Shown: positions 1-11,900 of the stretch, in pieces | How the letters are laid out: every line of letters starts with the position of its first letter | Position numbering within the stretch: the first letter of the stretch is position 1 | Source: Saccostrea cucullata | Lineage: Eukaryota | NCBI RefSeq assembly: GCF_032062105.1 | Contig: NW_026927071.1 | Location: 186,001 to 250,000, forward strand | Direction: 5' to 3' | Length of the DNA: 64,000 nucleotides | The notes under the pieces: model-generated | Databases searched by the model: none | What the model was told of the DNA's origin: nothing | What the model saw: the letters and a program-made list of their open reading frames with translations, nothing else | Position numbers and translations under genes: made by a program

Positions 1-1089
1 AACAGTGGAATGTTATAACATAAAAAGGTGAAGTCAACAATGGAAACCCTGAAGTCATGCTAAAGATGACCAATAATATTTAAAGTTAGTACAACATTCA
101 AGTATTAAAGGTAAACAGTTATAGCAGATTCTTTACGAGATAGGAAAATTTTTGAGTTCCTTTATTACTCATGTGAACAAAGAGGCAGCCGTCTGTGGTA
201 TTTAAAAGCCGAGTCTTTCATTAAATGTGAAGAGGGATTGATTTTATATACATGTAAATTAAGTGTGATAAAATCATATGTTATAATTTAACTAATTTTG
301 AAAAAAAATTGTGTTTTGCGTGGCAGTAGCATTAATTGAAATGTTATGTATCTTTATATAATGGCAAGAGGGCTAACAGCGCTGCAATGCATTCCGAAAA
401 TATAATATAAGCGTATTATGACAAGAAGCATAAGGGCAAAGAGCTAATTAATTATCATGTCAGGGATTTATTTCAGAACTGATAGGGTGTCTAATCTGAT
501 TTAAATGACAAGGAAGACAATGACAATATCCGAATAAATTTGGCTTTACTTTAGGGAGATATACAATCAGGGAACGAAAAATAAAGATCAAAAGTCCATT
601 GAAATAATACTCCTTTCGACCAGTCACATCACCATGTACTCATCATCATGATCATGGAAATCGAAAAAAAAATATATCGTTTGACCATTCAATGTGAAAA
701 TAATGACCTTACAATTTGTATAACAACGTCTGTCATTAGAAAAACCCAAGATAGTAATTATTTCACTACATTCAAGAAACTCTGCCGAAAAGTGGATGAT
801 TTAAAAATTCATAAAAAAAATAAATTGTAAAGAAGACATGACTTAAATAATTTTATTTCTAGCTTTTTGAGATATCAAGTTTTGCATTTTTATTTCTCAT
901 TATTCCTACCAGAAAAAGAGGATAATTAGTATCAGTATATCAAATCCGATTTCAAAACTGTCATGTCTCCCTTGTAGCATGATTGCCGTCTCGAGGCGTG
1001 CCTTCATTAATGATCAGCTTCTCAGATGAAGTATTTAAGTCTGAGAGATCTATGCGTCTTTTTTACGTCGTCTCTGACCCGAAGCAAGC

Positions 1090-1734
1090 ATGTCTTCAGG
1101 TATTGAAACAATGGTAGTGTCTCAATTTGTAGAAAGCAAAGTCAGAAAATGGTTTCAGCTCAATAATCTAAAGAGGGATGGATTCATAAGCAAACAGGAT
1201 TATTCAGACATGGCAGAAACATTCACGAAAGAGTTCGATTTAGACGAGAAAAAGGCACAAGCAATTCGAAACTGGTTAGAAAACGGTTGGGAAATTTTGA
1301 TTAAAAAAGGAGAAGAAATCACAGCACAAGGAGGCGTGGGAGGAGTGTCCCCAGAAAGTGCTCCCAAGCTTCTAGAAGTAGGAAAAAAGATGCGAGAAAA
1401 TGGCCAGATTTCTGAGAACGAGTACATCGGAGCATTTAAAGAACTTGTTGGCTTCAATAAAAATTTGTTTGTCGAAACCTTTGCCGGCATGGTAGGGAGC
1501 TTTTTTGACGCCTTCGATGTGAACAACACTGGTTATCTAACGAGCCAAAATTTTCAGAAGGGTATGAAGTGTTTTGGAATGACTAATACGGAGGCAGTAG
1601 ACACAATGTTCAAAGCTATGGATACAAAAAAAGAAGGAAAGATCGATAAGGAAACGTACGTCGGTCACTGGATCGAATTCATGACCGGGGATAACAAGGA
1701 GGGAGTGATCGCCCAGTTCCTATGCAGAATGTAA
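1090..1734 (+). CDS. Intronless EF-hand protein, sarcoplasmic calcium-binding protein (SCP)/calexcitin-like, 214 aa
   Basis: Single ORF. N-terminal 'KVRKWFQLNNLKRDGFISKQDY' and C-terminal 'FFDAFDVNNTGYLTSQNF' and 'MFKAMDTKKEGKIDKETY' match the SCP four-EF-hand layout. TATA-like TATTTAAG at ~1032 and AATAAA at ~1807. Confidence 0.8.
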   Translation: MSSGIETMVVSQFVESKVRKWFQLNNLKRDGFISKQDYSDMAETFTKEFDLDEKKAQAIRNWLENGWEILIKKGEEITAQGGVGGVSPESAPKLLEVGKKMRENGQISENEYIGAFKELVGFNKNLFVETFAGMVGSFFDAFDVNNTGYLTSQNFQKGMKCFGMTNTEAVDTMFKAMDTKKEGKIDKETYVGHWIEFMTGDNKEGVIAQFLCRM

Positions 1735-2684
1735 CTCTTTTCATCATGAACTCACAGAAACTAAAGTGGAGTTAGGACAATTGGACGTCCTCTCATCTGA
1801 ATGGGTAATAAATGTTAAAAAAAGTATTTGTGACTGTGTAATTCTGTTATCAATGAAAATGTGATTTATTAACTGTAAAACAGAATGCAAAGTATATAAA
1901 TCCTCAGTCATCTGTGTCTGTATTCAATTTAGAATTCTTAATGGAGAAAATTGATGTTTATTACATAAAGAAAAACGAAAATTCTATGTTTTGACTTGCT
2001 CTTTGTACACTTTCTAGAGAGGAGTAACGGTAAGCATACATACATGTACAGTAATACCGGTATTATGGTACATTTCTTTCTATACATAATCAATGCAAGG
2101 TTGCCTAAACTGAAAGTCTTTATTACAAGGGAATACCCTTAAGTTTGTTTAAAATATTGCCTCTTGATCACACGGTCAAATTGCCTGAGATTTAATTTCT
2201 TTGCACAGGAGGATGCTACAAACATTAAAATGTACTCCAGGCTGGACGTTATTCACGGCAGGAACGTTTAAAAAGAATTTTCACTTTAAACTCAAAACTT
2301 CTCTCGCGTTTACTTAATACATGTAATAAATACTAGTATCAGTTTTACATGTTTTCATGTTGTTGAGTTGGTGTGACCAGTCGGCAGAGGATGCTCACTC
2401 CTCCATGGCACCTGATCATAAGTAATTGGTGATAAATATGGTAACCTTATAATAAGTAATAGTTCCTGTTCTTTAGATTCCTTCGTAGTCCCTTTTGATC
2501 GTAAGGTTGTGAATTCGAACAACGGCTGTGACTTACCTAAATCGATTTAAAAAATAAGTATTGCTACTTTTCCTTCGCAGAGTATTTCAAAGTCAAAGTT
2601 GCGGGACATCTTGACGAAATCTTAAATTCCGAGATCCAGTGTTCGTTGGCACGAAAATGAACCTTTCCTGCTCAATGGTTCTGA

Positions 2685-4972
2685 GCCTTAGTCAAATTTC
2701 CCGGCCGGTGGCATAGACCGATGGTTATCGGTGGCAATCTGTGGTGTGAGCGATGCCCCAATCGGCCTAGTAGTCCTAAAACTATCAGTTACATTAGCCA
2801 TCGGTGGGGTATACGATGGGCGACCAATGCGTTTTTTGATAAAAATGGCGTGGTTGCCGACCGGACTTACAAAGGACGAGCGATGTATTGCTCATCATAA
2901 AAAGATGTTCCAGGGTAATCGGCCGATGTATATTACATCGCTAATACATTGGCGAACATCGGTCGTACGTCGAACTACTATGAGCCAATGTTTGGTCAAA
3001 CATCGATCGATGATCGGCCGAGGTCTGTTGCCCACCAATCAACCCCCCGATGACCTCAGATTCAATGGACACTTGACGATGCCATATAACGGCCAATCCC
3101 TGAAAGATGTGTTAATGATGGGTTGCCGGTTTGGATCGATGTGGGGCATCGGTGGAGATATTGGTGATTTTTAATTACAACTTATTTACTACCGATGACC
3201 CCCACCGATTCGCCAAGTGGCCTCAGTCACCGTCCGATTACTATAGGTGCCCGGCCGGTAACCACGTCATTTTTATCAAAACCCGCATTGGTTTCTCATC
3301 GTATACCCCATCGCTGGATAATGTGACTGATGGTTTATAAAGTATCAGTCACAGTATCCAGCGATTGGGGTATACTTTTTTTGATTTGACGAATCGGTGG
3401 GGGTCATCAGTAGAAAATAAGTCGTAGTCAAAAAAAAAAACAACGATGTCTCCACCGATGCCCCGGATCTCTCCTCATCGGCAACCCATCATTAACACAT
3501 CTTTCGAGGATTGCTCGATGTATGGCCGAACATCGTGTCCCTTGAATCTGAAGTCATCGGGGGATCGGCCGATTATCGGTCGGTGTTCGACCAAACATTG
3601 ACCCATAGTCGACCGACCTAGGAACGATGTTCACCAATGTACGAGGGGTGTTAGAAAAGTTCGCGGACAAGTTCTATTGTGAGCGCGCTATTTCCATGAA
3701 ACCGGTCAAACTTTCCAGATATAATCTTGACATTTTTTCCAATAAATATACAAGAATTTGGTGCTCTCCGGTCATTATTGAAAAATATACGGCATTTTTA
3801 TTTTGATAAATCTTGCTTCACGGAGCATGCTGCATTGTGGCACGTTTACATCACAAAGACTCTATATTAAAATTAAAAATTGCACAATTGTAGTGCTAAG
3901 AGATTTATGATATTTTACCTGCCGCTAAAGTATGCAGGAAACGTCATTGGGAAAAATGTTGAACTAAATTGGAGGGTATATGGCTATTTTATAGCTGTTT
4001 ATAAATGATCAACGCGTAAGAACACAGCCAAAAATCGGAACGTCATTGAGCGTCATGGAGCAGTGCACTACGTAAAAATTATGTGTGCAGACAGGAAAAT
4101 GTCTAAAAAGAGACTAAAATGTTTAAGATGCTGCCGGGAATATCCTACACATACAAAGAACAAGTTTTCAAGTGGTTGTAGCTTCATAAGAAAAGGAGAA
4201 ACATTTTAAATGATTAACTACATCGATACTTCAATACCCCTCTATCGCATGGACGTTGCGTTGCGCCTATGTTTTGCATAGTTTCCATACCTGATCGATT
4301 GAATGCATAGCCTTTTTATTTTTTATTTTTTAAGATCTCAATAATATCCGAAACAGATAAAAAGACATTATAGTTGAAAAGTAACATGTCTTGATATAGA
4401 TATTCAATTTTAAAGTAGAAAAAATATGAGAAAAATATAAAGAAATTAAAGATCCATAGAACTGCGACAAAGCTTAAAGGGTTGAAATCTGGTTGTCACG
4501 TCGCCTTACGTCAAGTGATTGCTCCGTGAATCCCATGACCCCATAGTAAAAATAGTTGTAAAATTTTAAGATTTTATTATATTGACCTGATTTTTTACAT
4601 ACCAATAAACAAAATGTAGGAATTCATTCAGTCATAGGTCATACTTCACAGTAAACAATAGATTTTCTGTAATTCAATGTGTCCGCGAACTTTTCTAACA
4701 ACCCTCGTATGAGCGGTGTATTATTCATCGGCCGATTACCCTGAAACATCTTTTTATGATTAACAATGGATCGCCAGGCCTTTGTAAGTCCGGCCGGCAA
4801 GCACGCCATTTTTATCAAAAAACGCATTGGTTGCCCATCGTTACCCCATCGCTGGATAATGTGACTGATACTTTAAAGGACTTCTAGACCAAAGTTTGGG
4901 CATCGCTCACACCACGGATTACCACCGATTACCACCGGTCTACGGCCACCGACCGGGGAATGTGACTAAGGC
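2685..4972. mobile_element. Foldback/MITE DNA transposon with ~0.5-kb inverted arms (PIF/Harbinger-like termini)
   Basis: gccttagtcaaatttcccggccggtgg… at 2685 is the reverse complement of …ccaccgaccggggaatgtgactaaggc at 4972. Arms ~2685-3200 pair with 3390-3641 plus 4708-4972, with an apex hairpin at ~3300-3375. No clean TSD. Confidence 0.8.
3642..4707 (+). mobile_element. Non-autonomous Tc1/mariner element with TA TSD
   Basis: TIRs cgaggggtgttagaaaagttcgcggaca and tgtccgcgaacttttctaacaaccctcg, with TA on both sides (3640-41, 4708-09). Decayed mariner N-terminal HTH-like text (…QVFKW…) at ~4055-4215. Confidence 0.85.
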
Positions 4973-5918
4973 ATAAAGGTCTAAATTTAAAGCTCTTCAA
5001 CGGTATATGGTGACTCTATTTCAGTGAAAAACTTTGAACGGGACAAAAAACAACATACAATCCATTCATCATCAATTGTAATCCCTTTGAACATTAATCA
5101 TTTTAAGATGAAAGATTATTCTTTTACTGCTTTTAATTTATAAAGTTAACATTCAAAGACATAATCCATAAAAAAAATTTTTGAATGTACTTTGTATCTA
5201 TGTATATCAACAGCATGTATATTCTACAATGAGACTGAAGTGTCCATTTCATATCTAAAAGCATAGACGTAAAATTTGACCTTTAATAAATAAATAAATA
5301 GCAATAATTAATAAATAGAATGATTTAAAGTAGTAAAAAAAAGAAGTAATTAGGAAGTTGATTTTGTTCTGAAACAACAAATCTTTCGCTCTTCTACTAC
5401 AGTTACAGGAATAGATTTACAGAAATCTGATTTTTACTGATTCAGAAGAAAAAAAAGACTTTCCTTATCTTTTCTTTAGATTTTAACAAATCTTATGTGG
5501 AAATAAAAAAGGTCTAAAGGTATCAACCAGCATTGCACAAAAGAGTCATTTTTAGCCTGGCTGTTTTGTAGAACAAAATCTTGATTTCGTGATATTTCTT
5601 CAACGTTGGGTCTCATTTATTCTATTAAAAAGATCATGTTTTTGAGTTGATTCTTCTAAGGTGATTCAATTTATCTATATTTGTCTTAAGTTTTGAAGAT
5701 GGAAATAAATGGCTCTGCTGAGTATAATCCATTACGTACTCTTTGTGCGATTCCTCACAATTATAAAGATTTTCCCACACATTTCAAATTCCCACACGTT
5801 CTATCGATGGCTTATAATGACAAATCGACGCTTACGTTCACAAACCTCACATTTTATGACATTCATTCTCTTTTCTAACTTCAGATCTTTTAGCATTGTT
5901 TCTCTTCATTTTGTATGA

Positions 5919-8900
5919 CTACACATGCGTATCATCATCTTCCTCAATGTCCGTAATGAAGTACATGGGGTTCTCTTTCGTGACTCCAGAGTTCTGGTCA
6001 AACGCTTCATCCATTGTCAGGTATTGATCTTTAATGTTAGGTTCCTTACTGTGGCGGGCGTTACCTCTCCTACAATATTAACACAGACTTAAAAAGTTAT
6101 GGACTGTAACTAAATGCAGACAGCTATTTTTCAAGAAGAGGTTGAAAAGTTTGTCATTTATCTCTTTGAATAAGAAATATATGTAGATCTACCATTTATA
6201 GTATAATTATTATCTATATTATACTTGAGATGTTGCAGATAACACGCCAAATTTGTTATGTCTAGTTCAGTAAAATTTTGTTTGAAAAGTTTGAATAAAT
6301 ACAGGTGTACAGAAGAACTCAGGGCATTTTCTTGGATTGGTCAGACTTTCTTTATCAGTAAGTGTAGATGTAATTCAAGAGCGAAGAATGTCGGTGAAAA
6401 GATTCGTGATATTCGTAGGGGTTCTAAAGTTGGTGATGAACTCCATTAAATTTAAACAAACCCTGTAATTAATGCAGAAATACTGCAGATCTTTATTCAT
6501 ACGTACTTACTTCAGTTTTACCACGATAATAATGATGATAACCAGTACGAGAAAGCCACCTCCCGCCCCGGCAAGTATAGGAATATTTTGTTTTATCCAG
6601 CTCTAAAAGATTAAAGAAATTAATGAAAGGCGTGTAAGACCTTTTATTTTGTATTCTATTTCAGCCCGATTTCACTTTTAATAATGCAACAGTTAACATA
6701 AGACTGCTGTGTTTCTTTTTTTGTTTGAAAGTCAATATAAAAAAGGTATCATGACAAAAACTTGAAAGACAAAGCATTCTTATAATTGTCTTTGTTATCA
6801 TTCTCAATGCATTTCTTTATTTTCAATACATTTCTTTCATTTCTCAGATTATTTTTGGGATACATTGTGTTTCTATTAAATAGAATATAGCTCCAATGAA
6901 ATGTTCTTTTCAAAACGCTTTCATGTCTTAAGCATGTTTTTCATTGCAGTCTTTATACAGACTACAGAAGTGTAGGGTTTGAATGTGCTCTGATTTAATT
7001 CTAACAGATATTGTTGAAATAAATGATTAAAACAGTTCAATGTCATGGTTCTTTTGAACTGCTCACATGCTTATGTGAGTGAAAATCATTAAATCTGAAT
7101 TTGTCCAGATTAAGTGGAAAAAATATTAAGCGAAAAAAAAAAATGATAAAACCTTATTATTTGCATCATCTTTGGCTTTCAATCTTGATAGCTCAAAAGG
7201 AAAAGCAGCCTTCAGTTGCGTGTTTGACATCTCTTTAAATTTTGTTTCTAGTCGGTCCCGTGTGAGGGGTTTTCCATCACAAATGACTGGAACTTGAAAG
7301 TCCGTATTCCCGTTGCTTATTGGAAAGAAACAGAATTTATGGTAAAAGAATAGAATTCTGTTAATATACGATAAAGATTTACACATGTCTTAGATAGAAT
7401 ATTTATATACTAGTAACTATGCTAAATATAACTTGAATGTAAATGCATTTACATTTTACGATATTTGTGGGATATCATAAATATAAACATAGAATATTGA
7501 CTAATTTTAATTTTACCTGTATGACAAGGTATGATCCTTTGACAAAACGCTGACGTCATGACATAAAGAGGAACATAAGACCTGTAAGGAGCTTTCTATT
7601 TTATTAAGATCTTGGTCTGTGATATGTCCTGTAAACTCTAGCATTATCTTCTCCACTCCGATTAACCCTATAAGAATAGAACAATATTTATAATTTAAAA
7701 CACTTTTTATAATAATAAAACTCGGTATTTATATATTTCTGCAATGAAAGCATCGTATAAATGGAATAGCAAAACAAAGAAAGATAATTTTTTGTATATA
7801 ATAATTTTTCTTTCTGCATGTAACTGTTTCCAAGAACGTCTGAAATAGTTCTTTGGGAGTGATTGATCTCCTTTCTGTCCTATCCAAACCTAATTTTTAC
7901 AATGAGGAAAGCAATAGTCTTTGAAAAAAAATAACATATACATGTAGTTCAGTTTAAAACTTTGAACCATTTCTCGTGACCCCGTTTCTGTTCTCGGGAT
8001 CACAATTAACCTGATAACTGCAAAACATGAGACCAGATTTGCATATGTATATTTGGAGTTTATGGTATTTGAGAGGTTTAAACAGGTTTTTGTATGCATT
8101 TCCTGCCGACTTTGGGTGAATAATTTTGGTTTCAATTTCGCCACAGGAGAATCTGGGTGAAGAAATCAGACTTATCTTTAAGATATTTGAATAGAAAAGG
8201 ACAAACTATGGCTTTGCCTCTCAAAAGATCTTTTTGTTCTTTTTACAGTTCTTTTTACAGGATGTTCTTTTTTCTTATAAGAAACTTTGCACCATTGTAT
8301 GAGTTTTTGGTACTACCATAAGACAGTTTTGATACATTCAAAATATATACGTATTAATCTAAAAGTTTAAAAGTTAAATATAATTAACTGAATCAAGAAA
8401 AAATAGGATGCATGCCTACTGTAGGTTTTCCATTCAATATTTCACAAGTTCTTCCCGAATGTCCTTCTTGGCAGTTGCACCTAAATGACCCAATAGTGTT
8501 AACACATATTCCGAATCCGGAGCATTTTTGTACTTCGCATTCATCTATATCTTCATCGCATTCTTCTCCTTTCCATCCATCTAAACACACACACTGGAAT
8601 GATCCCGGCAGATTCCGACACGATTTAATATGTTTACACCGGTTCTCTTCGCATTCGTTTACGTCATTATTACATTGCTTTCCCCTCCATCCACGTAGAC
8701 AGGTACAGTTATATCCACCAACGAAATTACGACATGTTGATCCGTGAAAACAAACATCATTGTTGCATTCATTTACGTCATTCTCACAATGTTTGCCCGT
8801 CCAAGAAGACGGACAGTTACAGTGAGCACTACCACGCGTATCTATGCAAGTTCCACCATGTTCACAAGAAAGAATATTGTTTTCGCATTCTTTTATATCT

Positions 8901-11900
8901 TCTGTGCAAGCTGTACCACCCCAACCTTGTCTGCAGTGGCAGGAATAACTGCCATCAGTATTAGTGCAGTTATAACTATTTCTCGTCGAACAAAAGTTAT
9001 CAAACGTACACTCGTTTAGGTCTCTGTCACATGCCTCTCCTACCCAACCTTTCTGACAAGTGCAACTGAAGGATCCTGGAAAGTTAACGCACTGAGAGGC
9101 ATGTTTACAGTCTCCTGTTGAACATTCATTTACGTCTTTCTCACAGGCAGGACCCGTCCAATATGGAGGGCAGATACAATGATAGCTACCGATGTTATCT
9201 ACGCATGTTCCTCCATTACCACAGATATTATTATTTTTACACTCATCAACATTTATTTCGCAGTCCACACCAGTCCATCCAGGAAAACAATCACAAAGAA
9301 ATCCGCCAACTTGATTTGTACAGTTTCCTTTATTATGGCATATATTTTGATCACATTCATTCACATCATTGGCACATTTAGGACCCGTCCAATTTGGGGG
9401 ACATATACAAGAAAAGGAACCAAATATATTTTGACAAGTACCGCCATTCAGGCAGGAGTCACCGCCAAGGCATTCATTAACATCGGCCTGACACCTATCT
9501 CCCTGGTATCCTAAATCACACACGCACTGGAAACTCCCTGCCGTATTTGAACAGTTACCATGATCATTGCAGATACTTGGCTTCAAACATTCATTGACAT
9601 CTTCTTGACAGTTTTGACCAGTCCAGTTCGAGGAACACAGACAGGTATAAGATCCTACATTATTCTGACAAGATCCTTCATGACGACAGGGACTGTACGC
9701 CGTACACTCGTCTACATCTACATTGCAAGTAGTCCCGTTCCATCCAGGATGACAGGAGCATGTAAAAGCTCCTGGGATATTTGAACAGTTTCCATGACTA
9801 TTGCATGCATTCAGGAGACATTCATTTACATCATCTGTACAGTTTTTACCCTTCCAATTTTTGGGACAGTTACATTCATAACCACCTTTGACATTATTAC
9901 ATGTACCCTGATTTTTACAAGGCTGATAGTTTGAGCATTCATCTATGTCTGCATCACAATTTATACCGAACCATCCGCTTGCACAACTGCATTGATATGT
10001 ACCATTAAGATTAGTGCACGTCCCATTGTTTTTGCAAACGTTTAAAAGGCATTCGTTAACGTCTTCTTGGCATCGTTTTCCCTGCCAACCTAAACTACAA
10101 TTACAGTTATATGAATTGTCTGCCAAGTCCGTGCACGTGCCTCCGTGTTCGCATGGTGCTTTCGTGCATTCGGGAATCCTGCTTTCACAGTCTTGTCCAG
10201 TATATCCTGTAAAGTATTTTATGTATTACAGTCAAATTTTTTAGAGGAACAAAATCCAGCATAGATAATGATCACTACACTCTCAATTGTGTAATTTGAT
10301 TTGTTAACATTTAAAGAATGTTGCCTATATTTGGCATTATATAATATTCCATGACCTTCAATATCTAAATAAAATTCGACAATTTTTGCTTACCATCCTG
10401 GCATTGTAAATATCCTTGATTAGTACAGTTTCCGTGGCTAGTGTCAACACAATACCTGGAACACTCATTGCCAAAGAAATGGGTGTTACAGATTAATTCT
10501 CCATAATCATTACATGTTCCATTGTTCGTGTCAACACAGTGTATATTACATTTTGGTCCGAAATAGTTGTCATCACAGATCATGGTGCCCGTCATATTAC
10601 ATCGGCCGTGGCTCCCAGAGACGTGAGAGGAACATCTGCCGGAACAGTCGACTCCATAGAATTCCACATCACACTGGACAGAAATAATCATACTCACCCT
10701 GAATTTGGAAGAAAAAAAAATAAATATTTCTATCTTTATTTACGTCAAAAACCATGTATACGACCACTTATTTTTAATACCGTATTTTAGAGGGTTGAAT
10801 CGGCACCTGTAGCGACAGGAATGAAAAAATAATCATAACATTACTCATCAAGAATATTTTCTGTAAGGTTAGTGTACGTTCCCACTCTATCACGATTGAA
10901 CTACTGAAATAATAAAAAGCCTTAATAGTGTAAAATGTTTTCAGATCCTAGGACATTTTTTTCTGATCTTGATCGTTGATTTTTTTTTTTTACAATCGTG
11001 TTATATTTTTTCTACGATAAACACAACCCTCACATTTTTAATCGTAATCTTCACATCACAGCATACTGCATCGTAACATAGGCAAACAAAACCCCCAGCT
11101 ATTCCGATCGTGAACAAATCGCAACCATAATCTTATGTTATCGTAATATAGCAAATGAGTTCTTCATAAACACATTGAAACCTATATACATGTTTATGTA
11201 AAGGCATAGAAGGTGACGATAGCTTATTCTCTGACTATCCGCCCCAAGACTTTGCTATAAATTAGTTTTACTGTATTGTGAAACAATAAAATATACATCT
11301 TTTATGTAGCTTATACCTTGTCAAATAATTGTAGAGTATTGTGACATTCTGGTTCAAAACATTGGTGTATGCTATCTGGAAGAAGTCCCGTATCATAGTA
11401 CGATTTTTGTTGCCTCCATCAAAGATTAGGAACTCAACAAATGTGTTATTCTGCAACGAAATTGTAATTAAAATTTCAAATATTACGGATGATAATTCTT
11501 AAGAATCAGATTCCTTAAGTCTACTGATTTTTATCCTTATCCATATGATCGAGAAGTTACTGTATACAATGTTATTTTTGGTTATTTTCGGCCTTTAACA
11601 CTTGCAAACCATTTTTCCCGTTTTAAATTCGCCCATTCAATTTTTTTTCGTAAGAGATCATGTGGTGCATTTTTTTTAATTTCGTGACCAAAAGCAACGA
11701 GGCAAATAACAAAGGGATGAAATGCGCCTCTCAAGGTGTTAGAGGTCCATGTTGGCTTTTCCCCGATTTCTATTTCTCTAATGAGTTTTTGAGCTAAGTT
11801 ACTGTTCTTTATCTTTATATTTTATAACATCGAGACAATATCCAGCATAATGTTGCAGCCTGAATTTTATATTGCAAAAATGAAACGATAATGCAAAATG

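Larger units (their letters stand above)
2490..5065 (+). mobile_element. Degenerate Deu/Nin-type SINE split in two (about 2490-2684 and 4973-5065) by a foldback element
   Basis: Joining the flanks (…ttggcacgaaaatgaacctttcctgctcaatggttctgag | cataaaggtctaaattt…agtgaaaaactttgaacgggacaaaaaacaac) restores a sequence collinear with the reverse complement of the SINE at 49065-49350. Confidence 0.6.

Noticed and set aside
1090-1734. Aequorin-type photoprotein
   Set aside because: Only the general SCP fold is shared; I could not identify photoprotein-specific residues.
2731-3340. ORFs 2731-3174 and 3131-3340, and the mirror ORF 4639-4827
   Set aside because: They arise from the GC-rich inverted arms of the foldback element and show no protein motifs.
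7890-8144. Extra exon of the Delta-like gene
   Set aside because: I found no splice-site pair giving the required phases, and the peptide has no domain-like character. It cannot be fully excluded without RNA data.
8393-10126. Notch receptor or a stand-alone fibropellin ORF
   Set aside because: It is an internal exon. There are no LNR or ankyrin repeats, and the tail is only ~55 aa.
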